Of a stretch of 64,000 bases of DNA, positions 57,015 to 64,000 are shown one piece after another. The stretch is from Eledone cirrhosa (lineage: Eukaryota). The notes under the pieces are model-generated. The model was given only the letters and a program-made list of their open reading frames with translations. It ran no database searches and was not told where the DNA came from. The stretch is from positions 1,612,001 through 1,676,000 of the forward strand of contig OZ024742.1 in assembly GCA_964016885.1 (NCBI GenBank), read 5' to 3'. The stretch's first letter is position 1; every line of letters begins with the position of its first letter. Made by a program: the position numbers and the translations under genes.

Positions 57015-59107
57015 TCATCATTTCCATCATCACCAGCACCATCATTACCATCACTATCATCATCAACATAATCACCAGCAGCACCATAATCACTACCATT
57101 GTCACCACCAGCACCACCATCATCATCACCACCATCACTGCCACCATCATCATCACCACCATCACCACCACCACCACCACCATCACCACCACCATCACCA
57201 CCACCACCACCATCACCACCACCACCACCATCACCACCACCACCACCACCATCACCACCACCACCACCATCACCACCAGCAACATCACCACCACCATCAC
57301 TACAACCACCACCACTGCCACCATCATCACCACCACCACCATCACCACCATCACCACCAACACAATCATCACCATCATCACCACTATCACCACCACCACC
57401 ACCATCACCACCATCACCACCACCACAATCATCACCACCACCACAATCATAACCATCATCACCACCATCACCAGCCCCACCATCACCACCACCACCACCA
57501 TCACCACCATCACCACCATCACTGCCACCACCATCACCACCATCACTGCCACCACCATCACTACCACCACCACCACCACCACCATCACCACCACCACCAC
57601 CAGCACCACCATCACCACCACCACCACCGCCATCACCACAATCACCACCCCCACCACCACCATCACCACCACCACCACCATCACCATCACCACCATCACC
57701 ATCACCACCATCACCATCACCACCACCACTGCCACCACCATCACCAACACCACCACCACCACCACCACTGCCACCACTATCAGCACCATCACCACCACCA
57801 CCATCACCACCACCATCATCACCATCATCACCATCACCACCATCACCACCACCATCACCACCACCATCACCACCACCACTACCACCACCACCACCACCAT
57901 CACCACCACCACCACCACCACCATCGACACCACCACTACCACCATCGACACCACCATCACCACCACCACCACCACTACCACCACCACCACCACCATCACC
58001 ACCACCACCACCACCATCGACACCACCACTACCACCATCGACACCACCACCACCACCACCACTACCACCACCACCACCACCATCACCACCACCACCACCA
58101 CCATCGACACCACCACTACCACCATCGACACCACCATCGACACCATCGACACCAACACCACCACCATCACCACCATCACCATCACTGCCACCATCATCAC
58201 CATCACCACCATCATAACCCCCCCCCCCATCACCACAATCACCATCACCGCCACCACCACCACCACCATCAGCACCACCACAATCACCACCACCACCACA
58301 ATCACCACCACCACCACCATCGACACCACCACCATCGACACCACAGCCACCACCACCACCATTACAACTACCACCACCACATCCACCACAACCACCATCA
58401 CCACTGCCACCATCACCACCATCACCACCATCACCACCACCACCACTGCCACTACCACCACCACTGCCACCACCATCACCACCACCACCATCACCACCAC
58501 CACCACCACCACCACCACCACCATCACTGCCACCACCACCACCACTGCCACCACCACCGCCACCACCACCACCATCACCACCACCAATACCACCACCACC
58601 ATTATCACCACCACCACCATCACCACCACCACCACCACTGCCACCACCACCACCACCATCACCACCACCACCATCGACACCACCACCACCATCGGAACCA
58701 CCATCACCACCACAGCCACCACCACCACAACCACCATCACCACTGCCACCATCACCACCACTGCCACCACCACCACCATCACCACCCGCACCATCATCAG
58801 CACCACCATCACCACAACCATCACCACCACCACCATCACCACTGTCACCATCACCACAACCATCACCACCACCACCATCACCACTGTCACCATCACCACA
58901 ACCATCACCACCGTCACCATCACCACCACCATCAGCACCACCACCACCATCACCACCGTGACCATCACCACCATCAGCACCACCACTACCATCACCACCA
59001 CCACCATCAGCACCACCACCAACGTCACCACCACCACCACCACCATCACCACCGTCACCATCAGCACCACCACCAACGTCACCACCACCACCACCACCAC
59101 CACCACC
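57015..59107. repeat. degenerate (CAC/CAT)n trinucleotide array, ~2.1 kb
   Basis: Direct inspection. Confidence 0.95.
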
Positions 59108-59249
59108 AATAGACACAATCACTATCCAATCAATAATACTAATTTAATGGTGTTGGAGTCTAAAATCAATCAAACTGTGTAATACCTTGTTAGTCCTTGG
59201 ACTCTGATGAAACCTTGCTGCTGACCAATGTCACTGGTCTTCTCTCCCC

Positions 59250-60062
59250 CACTGTATGGTCACTCTATGGTCACTGTATGTTCACTGTGGTCACTGTGTG
59301 GTCACTGTATGGTCACTGTATGGTCACTGCGGTGACTGTATGGTCACTGTGTGGTCACTGTGTGGTCACTGTATGGTCACTGCGGTGACTGTATGGTCAC
59401 TGTATGGTCACTGTGTGGTCACTGTATGGTCACTGTGGTGACTGTATGGTCACTGTGTGGTGAATGTATGGTCACTGTGTGGTCACTGTATGGTGACTGT
59501 ATGGTCACTGTGGTGACTGTATGGTCACTGTGTGGTCACTGGTGACTGTATGGTCACTGTGTGGTGACTGGTCACTGTATGGTCACTGTGTGGTGACTGT
59601 ATGGTCACTGGTCACTGTATGGTCAATGTGTGGTGACTGTGTGGTGAATGTATGGTCACTGTGTGGTCACTGTGGTGACTGTATGGTCACTGTGTGGTGA
59701 CTGTGTGGTGACTGTATGGTCACTGTGTGGTCACTGTGTGGTGACTGTATGGTCACTGTATGGTCACTGTGTGGTGACTGTATGGTCACTGTGGTCACTG
59801 TATGGTCACTGTGTGGTGACTGTATGGTCACTGTGTGGTCACTAGTCACTGTATGGTCACTGTATGGTGACTGTGGTCACTGGTCACTGTATGGTGACTG
59901 TGGTCACTGTGGTGAATGTGTGGTCACTGTGTGGTCACTGTGTGGTCACTGTGTGGTCACTGTGTGGTGAATGTGTGGTCACTGGTGAATGTATGGTCAC
60001 TGTGTGGTCACTGTGGTGAATGTATGGTCACTGTGTGGTCACTGTAAAGTTACTGTGTGGTG
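59250..60062. repeat. 9/11-bp minisatellite (TGGTCACTGTR)n
   Basis: Direct inspection. Confidence 0.95.
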
Positions 60063-60245
60063 ACTTCTCCACACTTTTACCATCTTAAAGAAAGACCCAT
60101 TAAACAATGTAATTCCTGACCTCCAGAAATATAGGAGAGGTGGTCATGTCTGGAAGATCATGTCTACTGAATTAGCTTTTTTTCCCCTCAGAATCATGGA
60201 GGTAAAATTGTTATACTGTCATTTTAAGATTATCTATACCATATA

Positions 60246-60311
<66 letters not shown>

Positions 60312-60532
60312 CGGGCCTGATCAATACCGATTGTGAAAGGCATGTCACGTGTGGCTATATTGATACTTTGTTCCTGCTTATTATTATTATTGTTATCAAC
60401 ACTCTGCTTCTTAAGGACACCAAAAATGGAGAAATACCAAACGCAGAATCATACATCTCTGGCTGAATCCCTGTATTGGGTGCTGGGGCACCATCACTAA
60501 CTAAACATTACACACCAATACTATATATATAT

Positions 60533-61127
60533 ATATAATAATATAAGGACGATTTGTTATATCTTCAATACGTTTATTGCGTAGTGACATGTGTTTCTCT
60601 ATTGATCAGCTGAAGGTTTGATCTGTATTGATCTAGCCTGACTCTGGAATCAAAAGCTCATCGTACCTCTGCTGACAGAATGAACCTGTAGGGCTGAGAA
60701 AGGTCTATAACGATTCACATTTATTTATGGGAGTTTGTTACTGTTGTTTTGATTGGTTGTGTTGCTATAAGGAATGTTTTGGTGTGTGTGATGGGTGGGG
60801 AGAAGGATTATTATGAAGAGGTGATGGGGGAGCGATGGTTGGTGTGAGTTGCGGGGGTGTTTTGGCTATTTCATAGACATTGTGACGTATATGTGGTTAG
60901 GGTGCTGGCTGTTGTTATGGGCTATGTGTGATGGAAGGTGAAAGAGTGCGGTGCTGTACTAAGAGGGGGGGGGGTTCTGTTGGTCGGGTTTGCAGAGGTC
61001 CGACGAGCTTTTGATTCCAGAGTCGGGCTAGATTGATACAGATCAAACCTTGAGCTGATCAATAGCGAAACACATGTCACTACTCAATAAACGCATTGAA
61101 GACATAAATTGTCCTTTTATTATTATA
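60533..61127. mobile_element. inverted-repeat element (~150-bp arms) with degenerate HHR
   Basis: 60533-60681 inverted vs 60992-61127; ccgacga-gcttttgat..atcaatagc-gaaa-cacatg-tc. Confidence 0.6.
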
Positions 61128-61320
61128 AGGCGGCGGATTGGCAGTATCGGTAGAGGATCGGATGCCATGCTTTGAAGCATAGAGTTACCTCCCTGTATAA
61201 TCTGAGTTCAAATCCCGCCGAGGTTAACTTTGCCTTTCATCCTTCCGGGGTCGATAGAATAAAGTACCAGTAAATGCATATCGTAATTGCTGGCCTTGTG
61301 CCAAAAGTAGAAACAATTAT
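61127..61320 (+). mobile_element. tRNA-derived SINE, Meta-domain-like core
   Basis: aaggcggcggattggcagtatcggtagag..ctgagttcaaatcccgccgagg..core. Confidence 0.75.
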
Positions 61321-61418
61321 TCTAATTACACACTGCTTAGTTCTACACCTCTTTACCAACTGGAAACTACGTATTGAGTGCTCACTCTAGTGAACCTATA
61401 GTAATTGGACGTTACATT

Positions 61419-61467
<49 letters not shown>

Positions 61468-61471
<4 letters not shown>

Positions 61472-62072
61472 CTAGCTCTTTCAATTGCGCAGAGGGTTCT
61501 ATAGAAATAGTGGACAGCTTCCGTTACCTGGGTGACAAAATCAGCAGTTGGGGAGGGTGCTCTGAAAGTACAGTAGCTAGAGTCAGAACTAGATGGAAAA
61601 AGTTCAGAGAGCTTATACCACTATTAGCCGCTAAAGGGTTCTCCCTAAAAATGAAAGGCAGGTTGTACGATGCCTGCATACGAACAGCAATGTTGCATGG
61701 CAGTGAGACCTGGGCATTGTGTACAGAGGATATACGCAGACTAGAGAGGAACGAAGCTTGCATGCTCCGCTGGATGTGTAACAGTAATATACGTGAACGG
61801 CAAAGCATAAACGAACTAAGGAAAAAATTAGAAATAAGAGGGATCAGATGTTGTTTACTCGAGAGAAGGCTATGTTGGTATGGTCACGTGATGTGCATGA
61901 AAGACGACAGCTGTATAGCAAAGTGCAGGGCAATAAAGATGGATGGTAGCCACGGAGTAGGCAGACCCAGAAAAACCTGGGATGAGCTGATAAATTCCGA
62001 CCTCACACAGGTTTTTCTGGGTCTGCCTATTCTGTGGCTACCGTCTATCTTTATTGCCCTGCACTTTGTTAT
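61468..62072 (+). mobile_element. RTE family 1 fragment fused to a short inverted RTE fragment
   Basis: + copy to ~62009, then the reverse complement of ~61912-61980. Confidence 0.85.
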
Positions 62073-62409
62073 ACATATATATATATATATATATTCATAT
62101 GTATATATATATTTATATATATATATATATATATTCATATATATATATTCATATGTATATATATATTCATATATATATATATATATATTCATATATATAT
62201 ATTCATATGTATATATATATTCATATATATATATATATATTCATATATATATATTCATATATATATATTCATATATATATATATTCATATATATATTCAT
62301 ATATATATATATTCATATATATATATATATTCATATATATATATATATATATTCATATATATATATATATATATTCATATATATATATATATTCATATAT
62401 ATATATATT

Positions 62410-64000
62410 CATCATCATCATCATCATCATCGTTTAACGTCCGTGTTCCATGCTTGCATGGGTTTGGACGGGAGTTTTCCCACTTGAGGCAAGAGTGGTT
62501 GTCTTGCTTGCATAGGACTGTCTGGCGGGTTTTCTACAGTTGGATGCCCTTCCTAACACCAACCACATTTACAGTGTGGGTCTGGGAGGTTTTTACCGTG
62601 TTGCCTACACGGCCACATTACAGCGTGGACTGTCTGGCAGGTTTTCTACAGCTGGATGCCCTTCCTAACACCAACCACATTTACAGTGTGGGACTGGGAC
62701 GTTTTTACTGTGTTGCCTACACGGTCACATTACAGCGTGGACTGTGTGTTTTTTTTTCGTGACACCTACACGATCTCATTTGTTTCGGCCTGGATTTTGT
62801 GGCACCAACATAATTTTACACTGAAAGGGGCGGTGTGGATGGGGTGGGGGTGGTGGGACGGGGGTGTATTTTGTTAGAGATGCCTACTGACTGTAGTAGG
62901 TTTTACTTTGTATTTAGGTAATGCGGGTCTTCTCTGTTACTGAGTACCGCCAAAGGTATCGGTCCAGTGACATTGTCTTGGAGAGGTGTAAGTGTGTGAG
63001 GTCGGAATTTATCAGCTTGTCCCAGGTTTTTCTGGGTCTGCCTACTCCGTGGCTACCGTCTATCTTTATTGCCCTGCACTTTGTTATACAGCTGTCGTTT
63101 TTCATGCGCATCACGTGACCATACCAACGTAGCCTTCTCTCGAGTAAACAACATCTGATCCCTCTTATTTCTAATTTTTTTCCTTAGTTCGTTTATGCTT
63201 TGCCGTTCACATATATTACTATTACACATCCAGCGGAGCATGCAAGCTTCGTTCCTCTCTAGTCTGCGTATATCCTCTGCACACAATGCCCAGGTCTCAC
63301 TGCCATGCAACATTGCTGTTCGTATGCAGGCATCATACAACCTGCCTTTCACTTTTAGGGAGAACCCTTTAGCGGCTAATAGTGGTATAAGCTCTCTGAA
63401 CTTTTTCCATCCAGTTCTGACTCTAGCTACTGTACTTTCGGAGCACCCTCCCCCACTGCTGATTTTTTCACCCAGGTAACGGATGCTGTCCACTATTTCT
63501 ATAGAACCCTCTGCGCAGTTGAAAGAGCTAGTATTTTGTGGGCACTTGCTGCTACTTATTGCACCAGAGCACCGGCCACATGTAAAATTTGTGTTCTTAG
63601 TTAGGTTACCTGTGATCCCACTACATCTTTTATGCACCCATACTTTGCATTTGGGACATAAAATGGAGTTTCTACCTACGCCTTTCCTACACACTGAGCA
63701 TGGCCATTTCCCGGAAGAGACCGGCGCCTTATTTTCTTTCCTACAAACTAGAACTTTAGTCTTAGCCATGTTAATTTTAAGGCCTTTTGATTCTAGGCCG
63801 TGCTTCCATGTTTGGAATTTCTTCTCTAGCTCGGCCATTGATTAAGCTATGAGCGTTAGATCATCTGCGTATAGGAGTTCCCATGGGCAGCCGGTCTTGA
63901 ACTCCACTGTTATAGCCTGAAGAGCAATAATGAATAGTAGGGGGCTAAGAACAGAGCCCTGATGGACACCAACTTTTACGCTAAACTCTTCACTATATTC
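62410..64000 (-). mobile_element. RTE LINE family 1, 3' part running off the window
   Basis: LYADD at ~63860, PHD-like CSVC..CGRC, FRYLG-equivalent, duplicated UTR unit, (CAT)n. Confidence 0.93.

Noticed and set aside
56924-59182. 752-aa Thr-rich mucin-like ORF and antisense Val/Gly-rich ORFs
   Set aside because: (CAC/CAT)n repeat open in multiple frames, with no signal peptide or splice evidence; a coding role is not fully excluded without RNA data.
59250-60062. Telomeric repeat or Cys/His-rich protein ORFs
   Set aside because: The unit is TGGTCACTGTR, not TTAGGG-like; the ORFs are short repeat translations.

Overview
Eukaryotic, very AT-rich, repeat-saturated genomic DNA. The SINE, MITE and microsatellite content resembles a cephalopod (octopus-type) genome; this is inference. 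Almost all long ORFs in the track are translation artefacts of (TA)n/(TATG)n/(CAC)n repeats. The real content is a nest of retroelements inserted into degenerate (TA)n arrays: four 5'-truncated Penelope-like elements (PLEs; RT C-terminus + GIY-YIG), three of them with inverted terminal copies; about 13 copies of a young RTE-clade LINE whose RT carries an inserted PHD-type C4HC3 finger; a second RTE family with a twin-priming 5' inversion; and two CR1-type LINE 3' halves. Also present are tRNA-derived SINEs, a decayed mariner, MITEs and two candidate host exons (12724-12822, 53672-53843). The most notable signal is RNA-level. About a dozen minimal type-I hammerhead ribozymes (HHRs) can be read by eye. 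Several belong to a non-coding ~420-480 nt element family (6.8, 21.8, 24.3, 48.5 kb) with covarying hairpins, permuted ends and partial-tandem/inverted architecture, i.e. a retrozyme-like or non-autonomous Penelope-type RNA element. All calls are by eye; boundaries inside microsatellites are approximate.
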